Origin: Clostridia bacterium
Lineage (GTDB): Bacteria; Bacillota; Clostridia; UBA1381; UBA9506
Reading direction: 5' to 3'
DNA: 39,983 nt
Assembly (NCBI GenBank): GCA_045536855.1
Contig: JAZSOJ010000153.1
Coordinates: 1 to 39,983, forward strand
Below are positions 1-6,668 of this stretch, piece after piece; position 1 is the first letter of the stretch; every line of letters begins with the position of its first letter. Below the pieces are notes generated by a model. It made no database searches, was not told the DNA's origin, and saw only the letters and a program-made list of their open reading frames with translations. Position numbers and translations under genes: made by a program.

Positions 1-1
1 G

Positions 2-157
2 GCTACAGCTGAGGTGCTGCGGCGCAGTGGTCACGATTGCCCCACGGCTGCCTACCTTGTGCAGCCTCCCACCCCCGTTAATTTCCCCGTGAACGGCTGT
101 GGAACGGTGCAGTTCGGCGGTAATGGCTACGGCTGCGGCTGGGGCTGCGCTGCCTGA
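2..157 (+). CDS. 3' end of a gene entering from the left edge; Cys/Gly-rich C-terminus (...VQFGGNGYGCGWGCAA)
   Basis: Frame is open from the window edge to TGA at 155-157. A GC stem-loop follows. No family recognised. Confidence 0.35.
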   Translation, partial: ATAEVLRRSGHDCPTAAYLVQPPTPVNFPVNGCGTVQFGGNGYGCGWGCAA

Positions 158-168
158 TGATTTTTTCG

Positions 169-194
169 GGGCGGTGGGAGACATCCCGCCGCCC
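169..194 (+). terminator. GC-rich stem-loop, possible terminator
   Basis: GGGCGGTGGGA (169-179) pairs with TCCCGCCGCCC (184-194): 11 bp including one G-U, 4-nt loop. Only a weak T tract (TTGATT) follows. Confidence 0.35.
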
Positions 195-216
195 TTGATT
201 GAAAGGATGTGACCCT

Positions 217-618
217 ATGTGTAATAACAATCGGTGCAGATTGTGCGACAATTTCATCCTCAGCACCGCCGTGGCGTTTGCCGATGATACGCTGACCATC
301 ACCATCCCAGAGGGCAGCTATGGCAACGGCTGCCGTTATTGCTTGGTGATCGGTCAGGCCATTCCTGCCACAACCACCATCGGTGCGGAAGTGGTCATTG
401 CCATCAATAATAGTACCGTTACCTACCCGGTGACCCGCTGCAATGGCGTTCCTGTGACCGCTGCTTCCCTGCGCACCCGCACGATCTACCCCGTGGTTGT
501 TGCCACCAACGCCACCGGCGGCGTGTTCCGTATCCTCAAAAACCTGTGCTGCGCTCCGGTCAACCAGCTCCCCGCCTTGACCGGTGACGCTCCCGCTGCC
601 GAAGGAGGTGCTGCGTAA
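217..618 (+). CDS. hypothetical Cys-rich protein (MCNNNRCRLCDNF...NLCCAP...)
   Basis: ATG at 217 sits 9 nt after GAAAGGA; the track start at 199 is TTG. The sequence looks beta-rich with paired Cys residues. No family recognised. Confidence 0.55.
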   Translation: MCNNNRCRLCDNFILSTAVAFADDTLTITIPEGSYGNGCRYCLVIGQAIPATTTIGAEVVIAINNSTVTYPVTRCNGVPVTAASLRTRTIYPVVVATNATGGVFRILKNLCCAPVNQLPALTGDAPAAEGGAA

Positions 619-1382
619 TGGGTAATGCGTTGAAAATGATCATGCTTGCTAACGGTGGAGATGACCGCCGTGGAAACGAGCCTATGCAGGATCGCCGCAA
701 TGAATACCGTGGCGAGGATCGCACTCGCTCCGAATACCGTGGCGATGATATGCGCCGGGATGAGCGCACCAATTACGCCCCCTCCCGCCAGTACCCCCGC
801 AGCGAGGATATGCGCCGGTACCGTGAGCAGGACACGCGCACCTATCCCGCCCGGTCTGAGGATATGCCGGAGATGCGCCGCCGCCGTGATAAGCGGGGGC
901 GGTACATGGACGATGACGGCGAGGAAATGCGCATGGGCATGTATGACGGCGGGGATATCGGTTATCGCACCGATGACCGCCGCAATGCCATGCATGACCA
1001 GCAGCACGGCAAGAAGATCCACGCCTCCGGCAGCGTCTGGATGGACGATGACGAGGATGATGTGGACACTGGCAAGCTGATGGAGTGGGTGCAGGATATG
1101 CGAGACCCCAAGGACAAGCCCATCAAGCCTTGGTCGGCTGATGAGATCAAGCCGCTGGCTCGCCGCTATGGCTATCCCACCACCGGCGAGGAATTCAGCG
1201 ATTTCTACACCGCCATCCACATGATGAAGTCTGACTATTGCGAGGTCGCAAAGGATTTTGATGTGGACACCCCGGCTTACTATGCCGCCCTTGCCGATGC
1301 GTGGCTTAAGGATTCCGACGCCAAGCTCAAAGGCCGCAAGAAGCTGGAAGCCTATTACAAGTGCGTTGTAATGGGCAAATGA
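618..1382 (+). CDS. hypothetical protein with an R/D/E/Y-rich quasi-repeat N-terminal half and a globular-looking C-terminal half
   Basis: TAATG overlap with the upstream stop (616-620). Repeats EYRGED/EYRGDD and SEDMRRY/SEDMPEM. The C-terminal ~110 aa are not low-complexity. Confidence 0.6.
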   Translation: MGNALKMIMLANGGDDRRGNEPMQDRRNEYRGEDRTRSEYRGDDMRRDERTNYAPSRQYPRSEDMRRYREQDTRTYPARSEDMPEMRRRRDKRGRYMDDDGEEMRMGMYDGGDIGYRTDDRRNAMHDQQHGKKIHASGSVWMDDDEDDVDTGKLMEWVQDMRDPKDKPIKPWSADEIKPLARRYGYPTTGEEFSDFYTAIHMMKSDYCEVAKDFDVDTPAYYAALADAWLKDSDAKLKGRKKLEAYYKCVVMGK

Positions 1383-1400
1383 CGAAAGGAGGGGTTTGTC

Positions 1401-1727
1401 GTGCTGTCTCTGGCACTGATCGAGCGGAGGATTAAAGAGGTCGTAAAAGGTGACCACACCGACGATGCCGTCATGGATTTCGCCTTGTTGTGCCTCGCCC
1501 GTGACTATCTGCTGGCAGAGATTGACGAGCAGGAAGGCAACGGCAGGGCAGCCGACAAACCCCGTGTCGTGCTCACCAATTACTGCGCCGACCTGACCAC
1601 CATCCCCACGGTGGAGCAGATTGGCATGGCGATATCATCCGCAGCCAGCCGGATCACCACGCCGGAGGATAAGCGGCGATTGGCTGTGGCGCAGAATTGG
1701 GCAGAGATAATCTCCCAAAAATCCTGA
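1401..1727 (+). CDS. hypothetical protein
   Basis: GTG start 8 nt after AAGGAGGGG; 108 aa; ends before the bidirectional terminator. Confidence 0.55.
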   Translation: MLSLALIERRIKEVVKGDHTDDAVMDFALLCLARDYLLAEIDEQEGNGRAADKPRVVLTNYCADLTTIPTVEQIGMAISSAASRITTPEDKRRLAVAQNWAEIISQKS

Positions 1728-1810
1728 ACCCCGTTTTGAACCCCACACCCTGATTATAAGGGCAAAAAAACGGCTTTTCTGTCCATTTTTGATCAAGCAA
1801 AAAGACAAGC

Positions 1811-1846
1811 AAAAACCCTTGCAACCTTTACGGTGCAAGGGTTTTC
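1811..1846. terminator. bidirectional intrinsic terminator
   Basis: AACCCTTGCA (1814-1823) pairs with TGCAAGGGTT (1834-1843). An A-run lies on the left and a T-run on the right, so it can serve ORF 1401-1727 (+) and the tRNA fragment (-). Confidence 0.7.
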
Positions 1847-1847
1847 T

Positions 1848-1903
1848 TGGTGACCCCGGCGGGATTCGAACCCACGACCTTTTGATTCGTAGTCAAACAC
1901 TCC
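1848..1903 (-). other. truncated tRNA-Arg(ACG): 3' fragment only, attL-like junction
   Basis: The minus strand reads GGAGTG-TTTGA-CTACGAA-TCAAA-AGGTC-GTGGG-TTCGAAT-CCCGC-CGGGGTC-A-CCA. Anticodon arm, T arm, 3' acceptor strand and CCA are present. The 5' acceptor strand (GACCCCG) and D arm are absent. Confidence 0.8.
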
Positions 1904-1917
1904 ATGTTATGCAAGCG

Positions 1918-3096
1918 TTATAAATCAAAGGTTGCAGTTGTTTCCCCGTCGATTGACCCTATTTTTGACCCCTTGAGCCAGTTTTCCACATGTTTCGCAA
2001 GCTGGGTGTGGCTCTGTCTCTCTCGCTGTTCCGTCAGGTGGGCATAGATGCGCATAATCATCTGCTGATCAGCGTGCCCGACCCACTTCATTGCTGTTTT
2101 TATGTCCACACCTGCATCGTAGAGCATAGTAACATAGCTGTGCCGCAGATCGTGTGGTCTGATGGTGCATTCTCTCCACGGCGGAAGCGTGCCGCCGGAA
2201 GCAAGAATAGCTTTGTGAGCCTTGGTGCGCCCATACCATCTGCGATGGCAACCGTTAATAAGTGTCTCCAAGTAGACAATGTAACTCTCCCATTTTCTGT
2301 GGAAAGCCGTCTCGCTCATGATGCCGCCGTTTTCGTCCTGCAAAACACCCCCAGAAACGCCTTGCAAAGCGGTTTTTAGCGGCTCGATGATGGGCACAGA
2401 CCTAATACCAGCCGCCGTCTTTGGAAGTGATAAAACCGGGCGATTTCCGTTGTATATGACTCCTTTTGTAACGTTGATACAGTTTTTTTGCAGATCTATG
2501 TCCGAAGCTGTAAGCGCCAAAACCTCACCACGGCGCAAACCAGCGTAGAGCATGATCATAACGGCAAGAGCCATGTCATGGTGTCCAACTGATCGGTGGA
2601 TAAGCTGCCGCTCATCATCTGTAATGGCTCTGTGCGTACCGCTGACAGCCTCCGGCGGGCGTGATCCATAGCACGGATTGGTGAGGATGACCCTGTCATG
2701 CACGGCGGCGGTGAATATACTATCAATAGTCATTTTAAATTTTTTCACGGAAGAAGAACTTTTCCCACGCATTGAATTAAACAGCTGTTGGATGTCGGTT
2801 GTTGTGATATCACGCATTCGGCGAGTACCAATAACATCAATGGCTCGGTTGACGATGCTTACATAAGCGTTGTAAGTGCGGTCTGAGCAGCCGTCTTTAT
2901 ACGTCTCGATCCATTGAATAGCGTAGGCTCCAAAGGTAACGCCGAGTGCCTGCTCACGCAAACCGCTCTCCAACTCTCTCCTGTAGACATCCCGTTTTGC
3001 GTTTGCTATCGCTTGCGTGGCTCCGTAAAAGTCTTTGCCTTTATACCGAACACGGTATCGCCCGTCTTTTCTTTTTTTATACGTTGCTTTTGGCAT
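1918..3096 (-). CDS. int: tyrosine site-specific integrase
   Basis: 392 aa. Arg box LRRGEVLAL and C-terminal HDLRHSYVTMLYDAGVDIKTAMKWVGHADQQMIMRIYAHL (R..HxxR..Y pattern). Abuts the tRNA fragment. Confidence 0.92.
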   Translation of the reverse strand: MPKATYKKRKDGRYRVRYKGKDFYGATQAIANAKRDVYRRELESGLREQALGVTFGAYAIQWIETYKDGCSDRTYNAYVSIVNRAIDVIGTRRMRDITTTDIQQLFNSMRGKSSSSVKKFKMTIDSIFTAAVHDRVILTNPCYGSRPPEAVSGTHRAITDDERQLIHRSVGHHDMALAVMIMLYAGLRRGEVLALTASDIDLQKNCINVTKGVIYNGNRPVLSLPKTAAGIRSVPIIEPLKTALQGVSGGVLQDENGGIMSETAFHRKWESYIVYLETLINGCHRRWYGRTKAHKAILASGGTLPPWRECTIRPHDLRHSYVTMLYDAGVDIKTAMKWVGHADQQMIMRIYAHLTEQRERQSHTQLAKHVENWLKGSKIGSIDGETTATFDL

Positions 3097-3105
3097 CCCT
3101 TCACC

Positions 3106-3666
3106 TCAATGCAGATGCGAGCAATTTCCCATGCCCAGATGGGGCAAATCCAGCACGATGCCCAGCACCAGTAATGCAGCGAACAGAACCACCAGAATCA
3201 CGCTGATGGTGAGGATCCGGCGGGATGTTTTGTGCGCTTGTGCTGATTCGGTTTCGGCCTTGATGGCTCGTTCCGTCAATTTTCCGTTATAGTCTTTGCT
3301 TTCGTTGAGCAGCTCCTTCAAAAAATCCACTTCTTCCCTTTCCCGCTGCACCCGTTCTTCGTATTGGATACGGAGGGCTTCTTTTTGCTTATCAAAATCG
3401 GAAAGCAATTCCTTTGCGCCCTTGAAATCCACATCCTGAGAATCCCGGAATTCCTGCCGACCAAAACGGGCGTACACCTCATCAAGGTCAAGTCCAAGTC
3501 CCTGTTGGCAGATCAATTCAAAATCATCGGTTGAGAGGGAGCCTTGCCCGGTGAAAATGCGCTGCAATTTTGACACGGAAATTCCCGTGCGCTGATAGAT
3601 GGCCTCATAAGAAAGACGGGTTTTGTCTTTGGCTGTGGTGAGAATTTCCAAGTAAATTGCACGCAT
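3106..3666 (-). CDS. membrane-anchored HTH (XRE-like) protein
   Basis: N-terminal HTH (LSYEAIYQRTGISVSKLQRIFTG), central coiled coil, C-terminal TM helix ILTISVILVVLFAALLVLGIVL. Start set to ATG 3666 (AAAAGGGG 8 nt upstream). Its stop lies 9 nt from the int start on the same strand. Confidence 0.7.
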   Translation of the reverse strand: MRAIYLEILTTAKDKTRLSYEAIYQRTGISVSKLQRIFTGQGSLSTDDFELICQQGLGLDLDEVYARFGRQEFRDSQDVDFKGAKELLSDFDKQKEALRIQYEERVQREREEVDFLKELLNESKDYNGKLTERAIKAETESAQAHKTSRRILTISVILVVLFAALLVLGIVLDLPHLGMGNCSHLH

Positions 3667-3691
3667 AAGCATTCCCCTTTTTGTGGGACGA

Positions 3692-3717
3692 TCATCCCAT
3701 TTGTTTGTTTGGGATGA
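3692..3717. promoter_or_regulatory. 8-bp inverted repeat upstream of the HTH-TM gene
   Basis: TCATCCCA (3692-3699) and TGGGATGA (3710-3717), separated by 10 nt, lie 26-51 nt upstream of start 3666. Confidence 0.3.
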
Positions 3718-3820
3718 AATCCCCAATATGATGGATGGATTTCCCTGCCGTCAGGGTGTAGGATACCGCCATACCCCGGAGATAAAAACGAAAGTGAGTG
3801 AACAGTCTATGATCTGCTCC

Positions 3821-3830
3821 TGTTGTCCAC
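3821..3830 (+). promoter_or_regulatory. TGTTGTCCAC motif shared with the 4805-4840 repeat block
   Basis: An exact 10-mer, also present on the minus strand at 4825-4834, in the same orientation relative to the downstream gene in both places. Confidence 0.4.
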
Positions 3831-3884
3831 GAACTCCCCGCACCTACTACTACCGCCGCCAGCGTTGACGAAAGGAGAATCGTT

Positions 3885-4052
3885 ATGGATTATCAGAGCA
3901 GAATCATTGATCTCATCAGCCGGATGGATGAGCAAGACCCCGCCCTCGAACGGCTGTACCATACCGCGAAGAAGATGGCTCGCAATCACCGCCCCAACTA
4001 CCGTCGGGAGGATATTGCACCGCCAACGAGGTGCAACCATGGAAAGTCGTGA
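3885..4052 (+). CDS. small hypothetical protein (55 aa, below the track cutoff)
   Basis: ATG 3885 sits 6 nt after AAAGGAGA. MDYQSRIIDLISRMDEQDPALERLYHTAKKMARNHRPNYRREDIAPPTRCNHGKS, stop TGA 4050-4052. Confidence 0.45.
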   Translation: MDYQSRIIDLISRMDEQDPALERLYHTAKKMARNHRPNYRREDIAPPTRCNHGKS

Positions 4053-4260
4053 TCATATTACCGTTTACATCGATACCGAAGGTCTGGTGACCGTAGACAT
4101 ACCAAAGGGGGTGATACCTGACAAAAAAGCGATCCGCAGCGTAATGGCTGCTATCAACTCGCAAAGGAGGTATCGCCATGACCCCGACCAAATGGGTGTT
4201 GATCGCCGTGATCGTGCTGCTGGTGATCGTATCGCTGGCAGTGTTGTCACGATTCCGTGA
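4039..4260 (+). CDS. small hypothetical protein (73 aa); its 3' third may be non-coding read-through
   Basis: ATG 4039 follows GAGGTG. MESRDHITVYIDTEGLVTVDIPKGVIPDKK... The last ~27 codons overlap the better-supported TM ORF at 4178-4264. Confidence 0.35.
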   Translation: MESRDHITVYIDTEGLVTVDIPKGVIPDKKAIRSVMAAINSQRRYRHDPDQMGVDRRDRAAGDRIAGSVVTIP

Positions 4261-4264
4261 GTGA
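4178..4264 (+). CDS. 28-aa single-pass membrane peptide
   Basis: ATG 4178 sits 7 nt after AAAGGAGG. MTPTKWVLIAVIVLLVIVSLAVLSRFRE. A terminator follows directly. Confidence 0.45.
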   Translation: MTPTKWVLIAVIVLLVIVSLAVLSRFRE

Positions 4265-4274
4265 AAAAAACGAA

Positions 4275-4303
4275 AGGCGGCAGCGATTGGGCTGCTGCCT
4301 TTT
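4275..4303. terminator. bidirectional intrinsic terminator between convergent units
   Basis: AGGCGGCAGC (4275-4284) pairs with GCTGCTGCCT (4291-4300). An A-run precedes it and a T-run follows. Confidence 0.7.
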
Positions 4304-4781
4304 AATTTATGACGAAAATGCTTTGAACAAGATACCGCGCAAATTCGAGGCTATCTTTGCCGGTTTGATCGATGAACCCTGCCATAACCCCTGTGGGGCT
4401 TACCACCGCCACGGCAAAACCGCTGTCTTCGGCGATCATGACGCATGATACCTTGTAGCAGCCGCCGCTTTTTTCTGCCGACATCCTCACGCAGGATTTT
4501 GCAGCGGGTGCCAGAAATGTATCCTGAATGTACTGGAAGGTTTCTTCTTCCGTTTCCTTGATGAATGCCGATGTATCGCATTGCTCAAAGAACGGACAGA
4601 AGATGATTCCGGCATCCTCGCTGGAAAAAACGGGCATCCCGAATGTTTCTGATGCATCAACGAACCCGGCTGGGAAGGTTATGCGCAAATCGCCCAGATC
4701 GTAGCAAATGGGAATCCCCGCTGATGCTGCTATGGGAAACAGAAGAACAAACGCAAGCGCAAACGCCAGTATTTTCTTCAC
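4302..4781 (-). CDS. secreted hypothetical protein with a signal peptide
   Basis: Start reassigned to GTG 4781, 9 nt after AAGGAG, giving (M)KKILAFALAFVLLFPIAASA-GIP..., a classic signal peptide. No family recognised. Confidence 0.6.
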   Translation of the reverse strand: MKKILAFALAFVLLFPIAASAGIPICYDLGDLRITFPAGFVDASETFGMPVFSSEDAGIIFCPFFEQCDTSAFIKETEEETFQYIQDTFLAPAAKSCVRMSAEKSGGCYKVSCVMIAEDSGFAVAVVSPTGVMAGFIDQTGKDSLEFARYLVQSIFVIN

Positions 4782-4804
4782 TTTGTGCAACTCCTTTTTC
4801 ATTT

Positions 4805-4840
4805 GTGGACAGTAGTGGACACTTGTGGACAACAGTAGAC
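4805..4840 (-). repeat. 10-bp-phased direct repeats GTGGAC x3 plus GTAGAC (TGTCCAC on the gene strand)
   Basis: GTGGAC at 4805-4810, 4815-4820 and 4825-4830; GTAGAC at 4835-4840. Exact 10-nt register, 24-59 nt upstream of start 4781. Confidence 0.7.
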
Positions 4841-4894
4841 GACAAATTGTGTTATTGTTTATCCTGTCAAAAGCGAACTACTCAGGATTCCTGA

Positions 4895-5197
4895 TCAGTT
4901 CGTTTTTTTCGGTTTGAAACACTTTTTGCATGGCTCAAAACCTGCAGCAGCGGCTTCCTCCACGGTAACGGTGAGCGCTGCATCCATGCTGCTGCAGGTG
5001 GGCTTCTTGTGGTATTTTCCCCCGGATGGGGATATGTAAGCCACAAGGCCACGGGTGCGCATTTCGTCGGTAAGGGAGGTGAACATGGCTGTCAAATCGT
5101 CATCGGTTTTGTCGGCGTAGTAATCCACAACTGATGTACCGATGGCAATAGTGGGGATGAGGATTGCGACGATCAGCACAATCACCCACCTTCGCAC
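4895..5197 (-). CDS. small membrane protein with a YH-x6-C...PC-x2-C Cys/His motif
   Basis: GTG 5197 sits 6 nt after AAGGGGGG and 1 nt after the repressor stop. N-terminal TM helix WVIVLIVAILIPTIAIG; C-terminal GGKYHKKPTCSS...GFEPCKKC. Confidence 0.6.
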   Translation of the reverse strand: MRRWVIVLIVAILIPTIAIGTSVVDYYADKTDDDLTAMFTSLTDEMRTRGLVAYISPSGGKYHKKPTCSSMDAALTVTVEEAAAAGFEPCKKCFKPKKTN

Positions 5198-5198
5198 C

Positions 5199-5549
5199 TC
5201 AGACCCCCCTTTTATCTAGCTCCTGTTGCAATATCCGCAGGATCATGGCCTCCAACTCGTTTTCGTCCTGCGGGGCATCATCCAGCGGGAATTGCAGCCT
5301 TACCACGTCATCGCCCTGCGGCGGTGGCGTTTCGTTTTTGACGACCACATCCATGGGCACCCTGCCCAGAAGGTAGTCGGTAGAAACGTTGAACGTATCA
5401 GCGATTCTTGCGAGGGTTTCAAGATCCGGTTGACGCTTCCCACCCTCCCAAGAAGCAATTGCCGCTTGTGATACTCCCAAAACATCCGCTATTGCCGTTT
5501 GGTTCATCTTGAGCGACTTTCGTAGTTGCTTAAAGGCATCAGAAAACAT
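5199..5549 (-). CDS. CI-like XRE-family repressor
   Basis: HTH MNQTAIADVLGVSQAAIASWEGGKRQPDLETLARIADTFNVSTDYLLG. Divergent from a Cro-like gene across an AT-rich switch region. Confidence 0.85.
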   Translation of the reverse strand: MFSDAFKQLRKSLKMNQTAIADVLGVSQAAIASWEGGKRQPDLETLARIADTFNVSTDYLLGRVPMDVVVKNETPPPQGDDVVRLQFPLDDAPQDENELEAMILRILQQELDKRGV

Positions 5550-5575
5550 AATAACACCTCTGGTAATATTCTATC

Positions 5576-5603
5576 ACTATACGGAAGATAAAAAAATCGA
5601 CAA
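5576..5603 (-). promoter_or_regulatory. leftward (repressor) promoter candidate
   Basis: On the minus strand: TTGTCG (5603-5598), 16 nt, TATAGT (5581-5576). Confidence 0.45.
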
Positions 5604-5619
5604 ACTGTAATATTTTCTA

Positions 5620-5648
5620 TTGACTTTTATTACTAGGTGTGTTATTAT
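5620..5648 (+). promoter_or_regulatory. rightward (early, Cro) promoter candidate
   Basis: TTGACT (5620-5625), 17 nt, TATTAT (5643-5648). Confidence 0.55.
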
Positions 5649-5677
5649 TCATACATAATATAACAGGAGGTGATAAC

Positions 5678-5869
5678 TTGAAGCAGTTGAAGCAGCTGCG
5701 CAAGGCTCATGATCTTACGCAAGAGCAGCTTGCGAATGCAGCAGGTGTCAGCCAGTCCTTGATCTGGATGATCGAGAACGGCGAGCGAAAGCCCTCTGTC
5801 AAGGTTGCAAAGCGCATCGCCGCTGTACTCGGTTTCCCGTGGACGGACTTTTTCCGGGAATCCGCTTAA
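5678..5869 (+). CDS. Cro-like XRE-family HTH protein
   Basis: TTG 5678 sits 7 nt after AGGAGG. HTH LTQEQLANAAGVSQSLIWMIENGERKPSVKVAKRIAAVLG. Confidence 0.8.
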   Translation: MKQLKQLRKAHDLTQEQLANAAGVSQSLIWMIENGERKPSVKVAKRIAAVLGFPWTDFFRESA

Positions 5870-5905
5870 GCATATTCATTTTACCACAGGAAGGGGTGAT
5901 GTACG

Positions 5906-6355
5906 ATGCCAAAAACCGGCGCAATGCTGCTTAGGGAAGCCCGAGAAGCGGCTGGTCTGAGCCAAAAGCAGCTCGCTATAAGGCTGGAATGTATCAGCGA
6001 AAGCACGGTAAAACGATGGGAATACGGCGAAAGCCACCCGGAGTCGGCTGACATCGAGCGCATAGGCGAAATCTTGGGCGATCCAACGCTTTGGCATCGC
6101 TGGATGGAAGCCACCGACGAGGCGTATGCAAAGCGATACAGCGTGTCAGAGAAATTGACCATGCCCAGCAGCATCGTAAAAGTTCGCCATGCGATGGAGG
6201 ACATCGCAAGCCTTCAGGGAGCCATCGAGCGTGATGCGTTGGATGGCAGTCTGGAAGATGAGCGATTGAAGCGGGAATATAGCGCAAGGATCAAAAACGG
6301 AGTTGCATCGCTGTTATGGGCATTGCAGCAACTGATGGGGGTGGATGAACTATGA
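5906..6355 (+). CDS. XRE-type HTH protein with a helical C-terminal domain
   Basis: LSQKQLAIRLECISESTVKRWEYGESHP; RBS GGAAGGGG upstream. Confidence 0.7.
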   Translation: MPKTGAMLLREAREAAGLSQKQLAIRLECISESTVKRWEYGESHPESADIERIGEILGDPTLWHRWMEATDEAYAKRYSVSEKLTMPSSIVKVRHAMEDIASLQGAIERDALDGSLEDERLKREYSARIKNGVASLLWALQQLMGVDEL

Positions 6356-6654
6356 CCGGCGTTAATCCTCTGGTGACTGCAAAAGAGCTTGCCGAAATCA
6401 TGCAGGTAAGTGAAAGAACAGCTCTGCGGCACATTAAAGAGCACCCACGGTGCGTAAACGTAGGAATCGGAGAGGAAAAAGGGCGTTATCGGTTGCCTTA
6501 TTCCGTTTTGGTTGCAGTCTCAGAGGGAGAGGAAACCATGAGCAACAAGCCAGCTAAACAACCACCGCCCAAGGCCAAGCCCAGAACCGTCACCAAGCCC
6601 CATGAGGGGCAGAGAGCAAAAAACGGGTGCCCATACGCACCCAAAAGGAAGTGA
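6352..6654 (+). CDS. small HTH DNA-binding protein with a basic Pro/Lys tail
   Basis: ATGA overlap with the upstream stop. VTAKELAEIMQVSERTALRHIKEHP resembles an excisionase/MerR-like HTH. Confidence 0.55.
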   Translation: MTGVNPLVTAKELAEIMQVSERTALRHIKEHPRCVNVGIGEEKGRYRLPYSVLVAVSEGEETMSNKPAKQPPPKAKPRTVTKPHEGQRAKNGCPYAPKRK

Positions 6655-6668
6655 AAGGAGTGAACCCC

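Noticed and set aside
486-1457. 323-aa minus-strand ORF overlapping plus-strand ORFs 217-618 and 618-1382
   Set aside because: It is antisense to genes with good RBSs and stop-start coupling. Its composition is low-complexity (A/G/H/I/L runs), typical of a shadow frame in GC3-rich DNA, and it has no RBS.
3823-4260. Single 145-aa plus-strand ORF
   Set aside because: Its first 70 codons lack an RBS and run out of frame over the better-supported ORF starting at 3885 (AAAGGAGA RBS). I split the region into three small RBS-preceded ORFs and keep only the part from ATG 4039, at low confidence.
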